NCBI GenBank assembly: GCA_964485475.1
Contig: CAZAKB010000001.1
Location: 1 to 59,320 of the forward strand
DNA: 59,320 nt
DNA from: an uncultured bacterium
Lineage (GTDB): Bacteria; Fidelibacterota; UBA2242
Direction of reading: 5' to 3'
Under the pieces are notes generated by a model, which worked only from the letters and a program-made list of their open reading frames with translations, was not told the origin of the DNA and did no database searches. Shown here piece by piece: positions 46,001 through 56,523 of this stretch (positions within the stretch are counted from its first letter, which is position 1; every line of letters begins with the position of its first letter). The translations under genes were made by a program, and so were the position numbers.

Positions 46001-46685
46001 GACAACGGGAACACCGATACCAATACCTCCAACAGATGTGAATTTTGAGATTTTTGATCAGCAATCGGGTGAAGGGGTTCATTTTGGTTTTGTGGATGCT
46101 ACAGTTAATGCCACTATTGTTTCGAAGGGACATTTTTCCGCCAAAGACCGAATAATATTCTTTGAAAATTTACCAAATGGTTCTTCGGTCATTACAATGA
46201 ATGTATTGAACAATGATGTTGAAGATACCAGTTTTGTAAATTTATACGGAAGATCCCTAGGTACAGGAGATACGTTGAGCCTGTTCCCCGATTTTTCATT
46301 CAATAGTGGTTCGGCATATCGGTTTACCACAAATGGACAAAAAATTGATAATTCATTGGCAAAAAAAGGCTTGGACGACATTCGGGTTGTCCCAAATCCC
46401 TATGTGGTCACGGCGGGCTGGGAACCATCAAATCCCTATACAAGTGGCCGCGGTCCTCGGGAAATTCATTTTATCAATTTGCCAATGAAATGCACAATTC
46501 GGATTTATGCCATCGATGGAACATTAATCCGTAAACTGAATCATAATTCAACGATGACAAATGGGGCCGAAATTTGGGATGTACTGTCGAAAGATAGTAT
46601 GGAAATTTCTTATGGTGTTTATATTTATCATGTCGATGCTCCCGGAATCGGGGAAAAAGTAGGACGATTATTAATCATTAAATAA
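43068..46685 (+). CDS. Large secreted partner protein (1205 aa), paralogue of 9710-12811, with Ca-binding loops, an FN3-like module and a variant CTD
   Basis: It has a signal peptide. Ca-binding loops are GIDNDGDGLDN, NGVDDNLNGIIDESDG and DDGIDNDGDWDPNVDDVGLDG. The C terminus reads VVPNPYVV...REIHFINLPMKCTIRIYAIDG...YGVYIYHVDAPGIGEKVGRLLIIK. The start may be at 43077. Confidence 0.75.
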   Translation: MRIMKNRYWFLILLIVQTSSMAQLTHGDAQYRARNVHSGNLIRISFYNHGMVGRQRGDQSIVYPGEWPINSGMVQMGNATSYVGTEMQVFAGLDSTGDSTFTYITPFSMCQGYNPERFAHDSLGNFLGFEPLPGYLNMTQKEADPYNAVAMSHEAFTWPAYWPDKMEDGIDPGWAGHWNGYFGKDQRNADEESYYVMDDYQLKKKVSGHSIPLPIPSEPLRGGLGLRQEVRGLQWSNPDAEDCIFWIYDIKNIGKKDYPMTVFGLNVGAGMGSNLASSASDNSDDCATFYRETNLTVNYDWDNIGAGGYSPVPWVGFAFLESPGNAYDGIDNDGDGLDNIGGGKIISTDDFYATYDVGDPIVIINYYNYNREVSTMPANGISFTVNGKKYTKLPNTLLGEIPRNGVDDNLNGIIDESDGAQLTETEEYYYLYIRDANYNNRDYVAVDYFSGAGLDNTMIDERRDDGIDNDGDWDPNVDDVGLDGKSGTGDEGEGDGIPTPGYGDLPGETNIDVTDVDESDQIGLTSFVFYVYGTLTYSNDADMWDVSKPGYFDASLVNVDADYVFSCGYFPLLSGQSEFFSIALIYGWDRDDIIRNKQIVQKIYDSNYNFAIAPEKPNVRVVAGDKKVTLYWDEKSELSFDRYLKEYDFEGYKIYRATDPGFSDAGSITDGYGYNRFTVPIETYDKVDSVYGFFPETFGTGVQFNLGSETGLVHAYVDSPLVNGKRYYYAVTAYDKGDIEKNISPSETNKYVTIDASGTVTTGENVVTVIPQAPSLGYSPPEFDTQPEAVGTSISTGQVYVSFIEPDSIYDNQEYEIRFLDQSMDKRDNDCDSLIDGLDDDELLPTLTTGFVIENLTRSEILDTVWIYDYRYENDNWILVKNLYNDADGNPNTLTTIVNGIQYSVYNPSPGIINIPGKAIYNGIQWSDSIDYSTAYNVLFSRFELGGFNSGIDYPRQYKIIFYDDIIGKSETVYPILKTTGTPIPIPPTDVNFEIFDQQSGEGVHFGFVDATVNATIVSKGHFSAKDRIIFFENLPNGSSVITMNVLNNDVEDTSFVNLYGRSLGTGDTLSLFPDFSFNSGSAYRFTTNGQKIDNSLAKKGLDDIRVVPNPYVVTAGWEPSNPYTSGRGPREIHFINLPMKCTIRIYAIDGTLIRKLNHNSTMTNGAEIWDVLSKDSMEISYGVYIYHVDAPGIGEKVGRLLIIK
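44433..44628 (+). repeat. Acidic DxDxDG Ca-binding loop cluster in the second partner protein
   Basis: DERRDDGIDNDGDWDPNVDDVGLDGKSGTGDEGEGDGIPTPGYGDLPGETNIDVTDVDESDQIG. Confidence 0.6.
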
Positions 46686-46686
46686 A

Positions 46687-48099
46687 ATGTATCTGTACAA
46701 ATTCAAAATAGTAGTACTGTTAATTATCCCTTTTATATTCGGTTGTAGCGATCGAAATGATCCGGTTGTGGCACAATTCGGCAATCAGAAAATCTCGTTC
46801 GAAGAATTTCAAACAGTTTACCTTGATTTACTGAAAAAACCACATTCGATGGATTCAGAACAGCTGCGGGAATCCTGCCTTGATGAGATTATCACTTGGA
46901 AATTGTTGGCTTCGGAAGCAATTAAATCCGGTTTGGACGATGACAAAAAATATCGGTATAAGTGTGATGCTCATAACGATAAAGTGCTCCGCGAACTCCA
47001 TTTTCAGCATCAAATCGGGCCTCAAATCCAGATTGATGAATATGAATTAAAAGAGGTTTATGCTTTTATTACGCAGCAGCGGTATGTAAAGCATCTTTTC
47101 TTTAAATCACTTGAGGATGCGGATATCCATTACCGCCGGTTAACTAACGGTGAAGAATGGAATACAGTGGCCCGGGAAGTATTTCCTGATACTGATTTAG
47201 CAATGTCTGGCGGTGATCTTGGTTGGATTAACTGGGACCAGATGGAATATGATTTGGCGATGGCAACATTCAGACAGGAAATTGGAGTAATTTCGAAACC
47301 GGTTGCGTCTTCCTTTGGATATCACATCATTAAAGTTGTTGATTATAAGAAGAATCCTTTGATCAGCGAAGATAATTATCAATCCGCCCGGCGGAAAGTC
47401 AGATATATGCTTGAAATGAAAATCGGAGATAAAATTGCAGCAGAATATATAACTTCGATGATGAATGATAAACACATTGAAGTTCGGGCCGATATGATAA
47501 ATTTAGTAGCCGCAAGATTTCAGGAAGTGTTTAATCGTAAACCAAAACCCTATGAATTAACACAAGAGACTCAACTGACGTCCATGGAAATCCGCGAACT
47601 TGAAAATATATACTGGGCAAATCGCGATAATGTTCTGGCCATTATCGATGGGGATGAGTTGACAGTTGGCGAATTTATTTACAATCTGAATTATATTCCT
47701 TATTCTGCAATAGCAAGAGGATTTAAAACTGCATTAGATTTTGTCATCCGTGACCGGGTTTTAACAAAAGAAGCACGCAAAATGCGACTGGATCGTTTGT
47801 ATCCGGAGTATACCGATAAAACTGTCCTATTTCAGGATAAACTATTGCAGGCGGAATATCGGAAAATATTGAATCAGAAAATTACAGTATGTGACGAAGA
47901 AATTCATAGCCGATATCAGCAGGACCTGAACCGTCTATATAAAAATATTTCCTTCAATAATGCAAAAGATGATATTAAAAATATGATTTTAGCGGAGAAG
48001 CGAAGTAACGTTGTTAGTGAGCATATTTCTGCATTAAAAAACGGGATGCAGATTAAAAAAGATATGCAGATAATCCGTGATTATTACGATAACATTTAA
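46687..48099 (+). CDS. Parvulin-type peptidyl-prolyl isomerase lipoprotein (SurA/PpiD-like), second copy
   Basis: Lipobox FIFGC. The PpiC domain is GGDLGWINWDQMEYDLAMATFRQEIGVISKPVASSFGYHIIKVVD. It starts 1 nt after the partner-protein stop. Confidence 0.75.
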   Translation: MYLYKFKIVVLLIIPFIFGCSDRNDPVVAQFGNQKISFEEFQTVYLDLLKKPHSMDSEQLRESCLDEIITWKLLASEAIKSGLDDDKKYRYKCDAHNDKVLRELHFQHQIGPQIQIDEYELKEVYAFITQQRYVKHLFFKSLEDADIHYRRLTNGEEWNTVAREVFPDTDLAMSGGDLGWINWDQMEYDLAMATFRQEIGVISKPVASSFGYHIIKVVDYKKNPLISEDNYQSARRKVRYMLEMKIGDKIAAEYITSMMNDKHIEVRADMINLVAARFQEVFNRKPKPYELTQETQLTSMEIRELENIYWANRDNVLAIIDGDELTVGEFIYNLNYIPYSAIARGFKTALDFVIRDRVLTKEARKMRLDRLYPEYTDKTVLFQDKLLQAEYRKILNQKITVCDEEIHSRYQQDLNRLYKNISFNNAKDDIKNMILAEKRSNVVSEHISALKNGMQIKKDMQIIRDYYDNI

Positions 48100-48129
48100 A
48101 GCTAAGCAGTATTGGAGAAGTTGGAATAG

Positions 48130-49365
48130 ATGACCAAGGAATACAGTTCAAAAATAGAAATCCTGGAGCAATTCGAAAAGAAAGTTCGTGATAATCTGTT
48201 TCAAAATATTCTGCCATTTTGGTTGAATTATTCCATTGATAAAGAAAATGGAGGTTTTTTCGGACGGATAAGCAATGATTTGCAATGTGATAAAAATGCA
48301 CCGAAAAGTTTAATCCTGATTAGTCGCATATTGTGGACATTCTCTGCTCTATATCAATTCGAACCCAATGACCAATATCTGGAAATTGCAAACCGGGCAT
48401 ACAACTATCTGAAAGATCATTTGATTGATGACCAATATGGCGGAGCATACTGGCTGGTTGACACGAACGGACTCGTTATTGACAATATGAAGAAAATGTA
48501 CGGCCAGGCATTTTTGATTTATTCACTCAGTGAATATTATTCAGTCGTCGGTGAAACAAGTATTCTCGAACGGGCTATTGATACATTTCATTTAATTGAA
48601 AATCATAACTATGATAAGGAATTTGGTGGATATTTTGAAGTCTCGAACCGGGATTGGTCGATTGCTGAAGATATGCGCTTAAGTGCTGTCGATATGAATG
48701 AGAAGAAATCAATGAATACTCACCTGCATCTGGTTGAAGCGTATACTAATTTGTATCGTAATTGGAAGAACGATCATGTCGGGGATCAGTTACGGAAATT
48801 GATCGATAATTTTATTGATTATATTATTGATCCTGAAACCTATCATTTTAAACTTTTCATGGATGAAAAATGGCAACCGAAATCCGAGGGTGTATCATAT
48901 GGCCATGATATAGAAGGTAGCTGGTTGCTATGCGAAGCGGTCCAGGTCCTTAATGATGATAATTATTATCAAAAAGTCAATAATATTTCAGTGAAAATGA
49001 CGGATACAGTCATCCGGGAAGCGCTAAGTAATGAAGGAGCGGTATTTCTTGAAAAGGATGGCGCTGGGAAAATCCTCAAAGATATCATCTACTGGTGGCC
49101 TCAGTCAGAAGCGGTAGTTGGATTTTTAAATACGTTTCAGTTACGTGGTGATCTAAAATATCTTAATCTGGCAAATCGTGCTTGGCAATATATTGAGAAA
49201 TACCTGGTAGACAGACAAAATGGTGAATGGTTTTATGAAGTTTCTTCTACCGGGCAGCCAAATCCAAACAGACTGAAAGTATCGGAATGGAAAGGGCCTT
49301 ATCATAATACCAGAGCATGTTTAGAAATATTGAAACGAATTGAGGCAATTCGACAGAAAGCTTAA
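48130..49365 (+). CDS. Cellobiose/mannobiose 2-epimerase (N-acylglucosamine 2-epimerase superfamily)
   Basis: Blocks typical of cellobiose 2-epimerases are present: PFW...[56 protein letters not shown] and [10 protein letters not shown]. Confidence 0.75.
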   Translation: MTKEYSSKIEILEQFEKKVRDNLFQNILPFWLNYSIDKENGGFFGRISNDLQCDKNAPKSLILISRILWTFSALYQFEPNDQYLEIANRAYNYLKDHLIDDQYGGAYWLVDTNGLVIDNMKKMYGQAFLIYSLSEYYSVVGETSILERAIDTFHLIENHNYDKEFGGYFEVSNRDWSIAEDMRLSAVDMNEKKSMNTHLHLVEAYTNLYRNWKNDHVGDQLRKLIDNFIDYIIDPETYHFKLFMDEKWQPKSEGVSYGHDIEGSWLLCEAVQVLNDDNYYQKVNNISVKMTDTVIREALSNEGAVFLEKDGAGKILKDIIYWWPQSEAVVGFLNTFQLRGDLKYLNLANRAWQYIEKYLVDRQNGEWFYEVSSTGQPNPNRLKVSEWKGPYHNTRACLEILKRIEAIRQKA

Positions 49366-49369
49366 TCTA

Positions 49370-50560
49370 ATGAACAAACAAGAATTTAGAAAAAATATCC
49401 TGCGAATGATTACAGAGCAGGAGAAGTTTATTGCCAGAAAAAATAAACCAATTCCATCACAAAATGGAATATTCCAACGCTATCAAAATCCGGTTTTAAC
49501 AGCCAAACATGCTCCGGTGGAGTGGCGTTTTAATTTGGATTTTAGTCATAATCCGAATCTCCTTGAACGTCTTGGAATTAATGCCGTTTTCAATTGTGGC
49601 GCCATTAAATGGCAGGGAAAATATTGTATCGTTGCGCGGATGGAAGGAGTGGATCGCAAATCCTTTTTTGCCATTGCAGAAAGTCCAAACGGCGTTGATC
49701 AATTCCGATTTTGGGATTATCCGGTTGTGATACCGGAAACAGATCGGCCGGAAGTGAATGTCTATGATGTGCGACTAACTCAACATGAAGATGGTTGGAT
49801 TTATGGTGTTTTTTGTACCGAGCGGAAAGATCCAAACGCAAGTGAATCTGATACTTCCGCAGCTGAAGCTAAAGCCGGGATTGCCCGGACGAAAGATATG
49901 GTAAATTGGGAACGCTTGCCTGATCTCGAAACAAAATCAAGGCAGCAAAGGAATGTTGTTCTGCATCCGGAATTCGTTGAGGGCAAATATGCTTTTTATA
50001 CACGACCTCAGGACGATTTTATCGAAGCCGGAAGCGGTGGCGGAATTTCCTGGGGGCTGAGTGATGCAATTGATCCTGCTGTGATTAAGGAAGAATTTGT
50101 TATTGATTCGCGGGAATATCACACAATTTATGAAGCGAAAAATGGACAAGGACCAGCACCACTCAAGACGGAAAAAGGCTGGCTTCATTTGGCACATGGT
50201 GTGCGAAATACGGCCGCCGGATTGCGTTATGTTCTGTATATGTTTATGACTGATCTTGAAAAGCCGTGGGTAAATACACATAAACCGGCTGGTTATTTCA
50301 TCGCGCCGGAAGGTGATGAACGGATCGGAGACGTTTCGAATGTCGTATTCAGTAACGGCTGGATTCTTGATGAGGACGGAAAAGTCTTTATTTACTATGC
50401 TTCCTCAGATACGAGAATTCACGTCATTACATCAACGATCGATATTTTGTTGGATTATGTTGTCAATACACCTGAAGATCCACTTCGGTCATCATTATGT
50501 GTAAAGCAACGAATTGAATTGATTGATCAAAATATCAAGATATTAAAGAACCTGAAATGA
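49370..50560 (+). CDS. GH130 4-O-beta-D-mannosyl-D-glucose / beta-1,4-mannooligosaccharide phosphorylase
   Basis: Blocks are [87 protein letters not shown] and [10 protein letters not shown]...G.RYVLY. ATG at 49370 lies 4 nt after the epimerase stop. Confidence 0.85.
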   Translation: MNKQEFRKNILRMITEQEKFIARKNKPIPSQNGIFQRYQNPVLTAKHAPVEWRFNLDFSHNPNLLERLGINAVFNCGAIKWQGKYCIVARMEGVDRKSFFAIAESPNGVDQFRFWDYPVVIPETDRPEVNVYDVRLTQHEDGWIYGVFCTERKDPNASESDTSAAEAKAGIARTKDMVNWERLPDLETKSRQQRNVVLHPEFVEGKYAFYTRPQDDFIEAGSGGGISWGLSDAIDPAVIKEEFVIDSREYHTIYEAKNGQGPAPLKTEKGWLHLAHGVRNTAAGLRYVLYMFMTDLEKPWVNTHKPAGYFIAPEGDERIGDVSNVVFSNGWILDEDGKVFIYYASSDTRIHVITSTIDILLDYVVNTPEDPLRSSLCVKQRIELIDQNIKILKNLK

Positions 50561-53457
50561 ACTATATTAAATTTCTAATTGTATCGATTGCGCTAACATT
50601 TTGTATTTTTGCCCAAGTGAATGGATTTATTGAGGATTTTAATGATAATGATCCCCTTGGCTGGGAAGTGCCTGAAACTCATCTGGTGACTTATGAGATC
50701 AGTGAAACAGATAGCGTTTTTGTGATTTTGTATCATCGGACAGTGAACAGTGGCGTTTGGGATGTCATCAATTATAATCCTCAGATAGTCGCTGATCTCT
50801 CCAGTAATCCATACATCTCAGTAAAAGTGAAATCCGACATCGCCGTGGAATTGGTGCTTAAACCTCGTTATGAAAATGCCAATACGGACTGGTTGGAGGC
50901 TCAACTTCCGGGTGACAATACCTGGCACACGTACTTTTTTCAGATAGAATCCGATCCGCCGCTTTTGTTGACCCGAATGTATGTATATCTGGATGGCGGC
51001 TCAACGGTTATAAAGTCCGGTACAGTTTGCCTGGATAATTTGAGTTTTGGAAGTTTTGTTGATACCACTTATGTTGATGTTTCGGATATGGAAACTGCGC
51101 TGACAAATGCCTATCTTCTATACAATAATTCAAACGAAGGAACAGATGAGAGTGAGTATGTAATCGGTTCCAAAACAGAATTATATTCTTCAATTTCTGA
51201 CGCTCAAGCAAAACTGACGTCAGGTGGACTGACTCAGGCAGATATTGAAGAAGCCACCTGGGATTTATATGATGCTTGTGTGACATTTGAATCGAAAGTA
51301 ATTACCGAGAGTGTTGGGATAATTGATAGTGACGCTACTCGGGAGACTCGCTATCTTTATACAAATTTGAAAAAAATTGCATCAGATTATATGATATTTG
51401 GGATGCACGATGTTACCGGTTACGGTGTGGGTTGGAGTGGTGATGATGATCGCAGCGACGTCAAAGATGTATGCGGTTCCTATCCGGCGATGTATGGTGA
51501 AGATATGAATAAAATTGCTCGCAACGTGGATGTGGAACGTGTCCGCTATCGGGTGATTTCAGCTTATAACCGTGGAGGAATCACCACATTTTCATGGCAT
51601 CAATATGATCCCGAGGATCGTGGTTTTTATGATGACGATGTGAACAATGAAAATATTGTTGCATCGATATTACCCGGTGGGAAATACCATACGAATTACA
51701 AAGAAAAACTTTATCGAATAGCATCATTTTTAAAATCTTTACGCGGTCCAAACGGTGAAAGTATTCCGATCATTTTTAGACCCTATCATGAGCATACTGG
51801 GGGATGGTTTTGGTGGGGAGCCGGTGATTGTACGGAAAGTCAGTATATCGCGATCTGGCAATTTACAGTAACATATTTACAGGATTCGCTGAATGTCCAT
51901 AACCTGTTATATGCCCTTTCACCAGCCGGTCAATACATAGTAAGCAAAGAGGATTATTACACGATTTTTCCGGGTGCAGACTATATCGATATTTTTGGAG
52001 TTGATGATTATTTCACTGAAAATATTCCTGAGTCGGAAAAACAAACATACCTGAATATGCTGAAAAGCTGTGTCGAAGCAGCCAATGATAACGATAAAAT
52101 CGTTGCATTGACTGAAATGGGACAGGAGAGTTTGACAACAGCGGATTTTTATACAAATGTTCTTTTAGATATTGTTAAAAATGATAATGTTGCGATTAAT
52201 ATCAGCTACGCTATGACCTGGCGTAATGCAAATGAAATTCATCATTTTGCTCCTTATCCAGAACATCCGTCGGTCCCGGATTTTTTAAAATTTTATGATG
52301 ATCCTTTTACGCTTTTCGAAGACAATCTTCCCGATATGTATCATTTAAGTTCGATAGATACACTTGCACCGACATATATATCTTTTCCTGAAAATTCCTT
52401 TATTGCTGTTGATACGGCTGTGACGATAACGATTACAACCAATGAAAAAGCGTTTTTACGTTACAGTTTAATCGATCAGTCTTTTAATGACATGCCGAAT
52501 GATTTCGAAAAAGGCCAGGGAACACTATATCATTCCACAACCCTTTTCGGTCGTCAGGGAGACACATTCCAGTTATACGTAAGATCAATGGATTATGCCG
52601 GGAATATGAGTTCAGAGTCCATGATGATTGATTTTACAATCGACACATTGCAAATGCCGGTTCATTGGTTTGATGAACGCTATTCAGTTCATGATTGGAC
52701 ATATGCACCGGCGCCTTTTGTATTTCAGGGTGAGGGAAATGGTACTACCGAAATAAGACAGGTTCGGACATCCTATTTTAAAAAGAATTTCACAATCGAG
52801 GATGCTTCCGTGCAGCAACAATTGATCATTTTTGTGCGTTTTGATAATGGATTTATTGTCTATCTGAATGGCCATGAAGTGGATCGCTATAGTGTCCCTG
52901 CTGGAGATTTGGAATATACTGACTGGGGAGCTGTTGCGAGTGCATCTCTAATAACGCGGACTCTCAATGCCGAGGATTGCCAGTACCTGGTTGATGGGGA
53001 GAACTGGATTTCAGTGGAAATTCACCAGGCAAAGACCGATTCCCTTGACCATCTTTTTGATCTGAAAATGATTGCGCCAACGATCCTTATCGATTATGGT
53101 GAAAATTGGTATTATTACGATAACGGACAACAACCAGCTGACCGGACAATAGGCGATATTGATTTTATTTCTGAAGATCGATTTCTATTGCCGGATCAGG
53201 CGACTCTATATCCGAATTATCCGAATCCATTCAATCCATCAACTACAATTCGTTATTCCATCCCTGCTGAAGATTTCATGACAATTTCTGTTTTCGATCT
53301 GAAAGGCTTTCGGGTGGACAATATTATTTCCGAACGACAATCAGCTGGCGTGTATTCGATACAATATAACGCAAATAAATTATCATCCGGGATATATTTT
53401 CTGGTGTTAAAGACCGGCCAATATGTTGATACCCAGAAGATTACAATATTGAAATAA
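50557..53457 (+). CDS. T9SS-secreted GH26 endo-beta-mannanase with an N-terminal CBM-like module, a C-terminal jelly-roll module and a type-A CTD
   Basis: The GH26 core runs FGMHDV...SWHQYDP...[14 protein letters not shown], which holds the acid/base Glu. IVALTEMG holds the nucleophile Glu. CTD: [15 protein letters not shown]...GIYFLVL...KITILK. The start overlaps the GH130 stop (ATGA). Confidence 0.85.
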   Translation: MNYIKFLIVSIALTFCIFAQVNGFIEDFNDNDPLGWEVPETHLVTYEISETDSVFVILYHRTVNSGVWDVINYNPQIVADLSSNPYISVKVKSDIAVELVLKPRYENANTDWLEAQLPGDNTWHTYFFQIESDPPLLLTRMYVYLDGGSTVIKSGTVCLDNLSFGSFVDTTYVDVSDMETALTNAYLLYNNSNEGTDESEYVIGSKTELYSSISDAQAKLTSGGLTQADIEEATWDLYDACVTFESKVITESVGIIDSDATRETRYLYTNLKKIASDYMIFGMHDVTGYGVGWSGDDDRSDVKDVCGSYPAMYGEDMNKIARNVDVERVRYRVISAYNRGGITTFSWHQYDPEDRGFYDDDVNNENIVASILPGGKYHTNYKEKLYRIASFLKSLRGPNGESIPIIFRPYHEHTGGWFWWGAGDCTESQYIAIWQFTVTYLQDSLNVHNLLYALSPAGQYIVSKEDYYTIFPGADYIDIFGVDDYFTENIPESEKQTYLNMLKSCVEAANDNDKIVALTEMGQESLTTADFYTNVLLDIVKNDNVAINISYAMTWRNANEIHHFAPYPEHPSVPDFLKFYDDPFTLFEDNLPDMYHLSSIDTLAPTYISFPENSFIAVDTAVTITITTNEKAFLRYSLIDQSFNDMPNDFEKGQGTLYHSTTLFGRQGDTFQLYVRSMDYAGNMSSESMMIDFTIDTLQMPVHWFDERYSVHDWTYAPAPFVFQGEGNGTTEIRQVRTSYFKKNFTIEDASVQQQLIIFVRFDNGFIVYLNGHEVDRYSVPAGDLEYTDWGAVASASLITRTLNAEDCQYLVDGENWISVEIHQAKTDSLDHLFDLKMIAPTILIDYGENWYYYDNGQQPADRTIGDIDFISEDRFLLPDQATLYPNYPNPFNPSTTIRYSIPAEDFMTISVFDLKGFRVDNIISERQSAGVYSIQYNANKLSSGIYFLVLKTGQYVDTQKITILK

Positions 53458-53477
53458 GTATTTGAAAGGATTATGAA

Positions 53478-56400
53478 GTGAAGGGGATAATCAGCAGGTT
53501 CACGATATTATCTGTATTTATTTTTGTATTCAATCAGGTAAAGTCAGAACCTGTGCGGATAGCTTTGATAGGTGATCCCCACTTTAATGCTGTGACTGAA
53601 GTTAATCCTCTGTCAAGAATGATCATTGATGATATCCAGACAAATCCATCTTTTCCACCGGTTGATTTTGTCATGAACCTGGGAGATATGACCCATTATG
53701 GCAGCGCCGAGGATTGGGCATTGGCGAAAAAGGACTGGAATAAGCTGCTGATTCCGTGGATTTTTGTTTTTGGGAATCATGAAACCGCAAACCATCTCAG
53801 TGAACCGGAAACACCATACAGCGCTTATCAGCGTGGAATGACCGAAGCTGGGCTTATCAATCCTCACTATTCTTTCTTATATAATGGCATTCTGTTTCTG
53901 ATTATGGGTGAAGAAGGGGTTACCCACCTGACGCCATTGAACCAGAAAAACTGGTTGGAATTCATGACCAGTCAATACCCTGATTATACGACGGTTATTG
54001 CGTCGCATAATTCTCTTTATAACAGCGGTGAAGACACCGATGGAATCGATTATATGAATATTGGAGAATCGGAGTGGTGGCAGGAATTTTTCACAAAACA
54101 TCCGCAGGTGAAATTATTTATACACGGACACGCTCATGTGGAAACTAACTGTTTCAATCCGGCTTACGGTATTCAGTTCATAAATGCACCCGTGACCTGT
54201 ACGGCTGAAAGCGGTTATTTCAGTGGATATACCGCCGATCAATGTATTTATCTTGAAATCAATTCTGACAATATATCTGCCCGAAAATGGCATGCCATTA
54301 CCAATGACTGGGACAAAGAAAAACTTGATTTGGCGATGACAACAAGTCTTAGCATGGATGATCCGGGAATGGAATGGTATTCCGCAACCTGGCGCGTGCA
54401 GGATGGTCAGGAAATCGAAACTGCTAACCGCATGTTAGCGGAGTCCTATACTTTACAGGTTGCCGGTGAGAATGATCGTGAGCTCATTTTAATTAACCGT
54501 GACTTTGAGCATGTTGAAGTTACCGGAAACTATTATGCTCACTGGTGGGGTTATGACAACGCTTTTCCAACGAAAAATGGAAGTCAGATTGGCCAGATTG
54601 TCATGTCTGGACAAGACAATATTTCTGCATCGACTAAAAATCTGGTCTATAATAATTCCAATGTCTACTGGATAGAAGGTAAAGTTCCATATTCGACAGT
54701 GCCAAGGGCAATACCAGGAAAATCCTATCGGTTTAGTATGAGAGCCAAAGCATCCAGTACGACTGATACAGCAATGAATGTGATCATGAAAATTACCAGT
54801 GATAATGTTCGAAATGTCATCAAATCAGACACCTTATTCAAAGAATTAGCCTTAACCTCAGAGTGGCAATGGTATAAAACGGATTTTACTCTACCGGAAG
54901 ATTCGGCTGTCTGGTGTATGAAAACCTGTTGGGAGACACTCCAAACCGGCGCCAATTGCTACCTCGATGAATGGTCAATTGAACGGGTAGATACAACCGG
55001 TTCGACAACTGAGAGCTTCACGGTGACATTCAATGAACAGACCTATAATCACAGTGCAGTACTGGATAGTTATGAAACTGCCTCATTTAATATTGATCCT
55101 TCACGAATGCAAAACAATCTGAAAATAAAAGCGGGTATTCAGGGGAATCGGATGGGCTTTGTACGGTTAATCTATGAAAAACCGATCCTTTGGAGTGATG
55201 ACTTATCCGTAGGATTCAACAGTGCATCAGACAATTCTTATAACATTCACTTAGAGCCCGTGTCTGAATATATTGATGATTATGCTTCCATAAGTCTGTT
55301 TGACAACAGGTTTGATCTCGAGAATTCTGATGATGAATGTATTTGGGGTTACCATCTACCAAAACAGATTTCTATGGATAAAATTCCGGGAGATTTTGCT
55401 CTTTATTCGGGAACCCAAGCGGCCTATCTGCAACTATTTGTTACACCGATGGAAGTGTTAAGTAACGGCCAGGATTCGGCCTTGTTGATCTGTATTATTG
55501 AGGATAATGATGATATATTGTGCCCGGATGCAACCGAATCGGTGACGTTTTCAGTTATTGGTGATGGGACATTGATGTATAATGACGCTGTCACGCCGGT
55601 TAACGGTGTTTGCCGAAATATTTATTATCCGGGAACTCAGTCCGAATCTGTAAAGATTATTGTCTCCGGACTTGGTTTAACGCCTGATTCAGCTGCTATT
55701 AAAATTAACAGTAAAATCGCCATTGATGATTTCGAAAATTATGTTGACCAGACAGCCTTGGATGAAGTCTGGAGCAACATTCCGGGATTGACGGCCAGTG
55801 TATCTCTGAATAATAATTTTGTCAGCAGTGGTCCCAATAGTATGCAAATTAATTATTCAATTGGGGATGGAAGCCCTCCATATTCCGGAATTATTCGGGA
55901 TTTAGAAGGAAATTTTCTGAGTGCTGAGACCATCCATTTTTGCCTATTCCCCGATAATTCCCAACGCGATCTGATTGTCCGCTTATTTGATCAGAATAGC
56001 AGGGCGTGGGATTATTATATTGTGCTGGATGGAAATGCGCCAGTTGAAAAAACGATCCTTTTCGAAGAATTTAGTTCCAGTACCAGCACGGTACCTATTG
56101 ATAGCTGCAATTGGTCGCAGCTGGCTTTCTATATTCTTGCCGGAAATGGTGGCTATGGCAGTAGTACTTTTTATATTGATGATCTGGAATTTCGATTTGC
56201 ATCGACTTCTGAAATTGACAGTAAAGATGAAAGAAATCAACCGGATGAATTCAAGTTATATCCGAATTATCCGAATCCTTTTAATGCACAGACAATCATC
56301 CGTTATTATTTACCCCAAAGTTCGGAGGTGACCATTGAAGTTTATGATATATTGGGACATCAAGTTCGAACCTTGAAATCTGATTTTCAGAAGAGTGGTA

Positions 56401-56507
56401 ATCATCAAATTAATTTTAATGCGTATAATTTGGCGACGGGGATATACTTTTTAAAAATCGGTATCGGTGAAATCTCAAAAGTCCAAAAAATGCTTTTAGT
56501 AAAATAG
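53478..56507 (+). CDS. T9SS-secreted calcineurin-like metallophosphoesterase fused to CBM-like modules and a type-A CTD
   Basis: It has a GTG start. MPE motifs are LIGDPHFN, NLGDMTHYG, FGNHE, ASHNS and HGHAH. The C-terminal CBM11/CIA30-like module runs IDDFENY...FYIDDLEF. CTD: NYPNPFNAQTIIRYY...GIYFLKI...KMLLVK. Confidence 0.65.
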   Translation: MKGIISRFTILSVFIFVFNQVKSEPVRIALIGDPHFNAVTEVNPLSRMIIDDIQTNPSFPPVDFVMNLGDMTHYGSAEDWALAKKDWNKLLIPWIFVFGNHETANHLSEPETPYSAYQRGMTEAGLINPHYSFLYNGILFLIMGEEGVTHLTPLNQKNWLEFMTSQYPDYTTVIASHNSLYNSGEDTDGIDYMNIGESEWWQEFFTKHPQVKLFIHGHAHVETNCFNPAYGIQFINAPVTCTAESGYFSGYTADQCIYLEINSDNISARKWHAITNDWDKEKLDLAMTTSLSMDDPGMEWYSATWRVQDGQEIETANRMLAESYTLQVAGENDRELILINRDFEHVEVTGNYYAHWWGYDNAFPTKNGSQIGQIVMSGQDNISASTKNLVYNNSNVYWIEGKVPYSTVPRAIPGKSYRFSMRAKASSTTDTAMNVIMKITSDNVRNVIKSDTLFKELALTSEWQWYKTDFTLPEDSAVWCMKTCWETLQTGANCYLDEWSIERVDTTGSTTESFTVTFNEQTYNHSAVLDSYETASFNIDPSRMQNNLKIKAGIQGNRMGFVRLIYEKPILWSDDLSVGFNSASDNSYNIHLEPVSEYIDDYASISLFDNRFDLENSDDECIWGYHLPKQISMDKIPGDFALYSGTQAAYLQLFVTPMEVLSNGQDSALLICIIEDNDDILCPDATESVTFSVIGDGTLMYNDAVTPVNGVCRNIYYPGTQSESVKIIVSGLGLTPDSAAIKINSKIAIDDFENYVDQTALDEVWSNIPGLTASVSLNNNFVSSGPNSMQINYSIGDGSPPYSGIIRDLEGNFLSAETIHFCLFPDNSQRDLIVRLFDQNSRAWDYYIVLDGNAPVEKTILFEEFSSSTSTVPIDSCNWSQLAFYILAGNGGYGSSTFYIDDLEFRFASTSEIDSKDERNQPDEFKLYPNYPNPFNAQTIIRYYLPQSSEVTIEVYDILGHQVRTLKSDFQKSGNHQINFNAYNLATGIYFLKIGIGEISKVQKMLLVK

Positions 56508-56523
56508 AACGAAAGGTTTTTCA

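Noticed and set aside
49340-49369. The upstream start (49340) for the GH130 gene, which overlaps the epimerase.
   Set aside because: ATG at 49370 follows the epimerase stop by 4 nt. It gives an N terminus consistent with GH130 mannosylglucose phosphorylases. The 10-codon extension is unnecessary.
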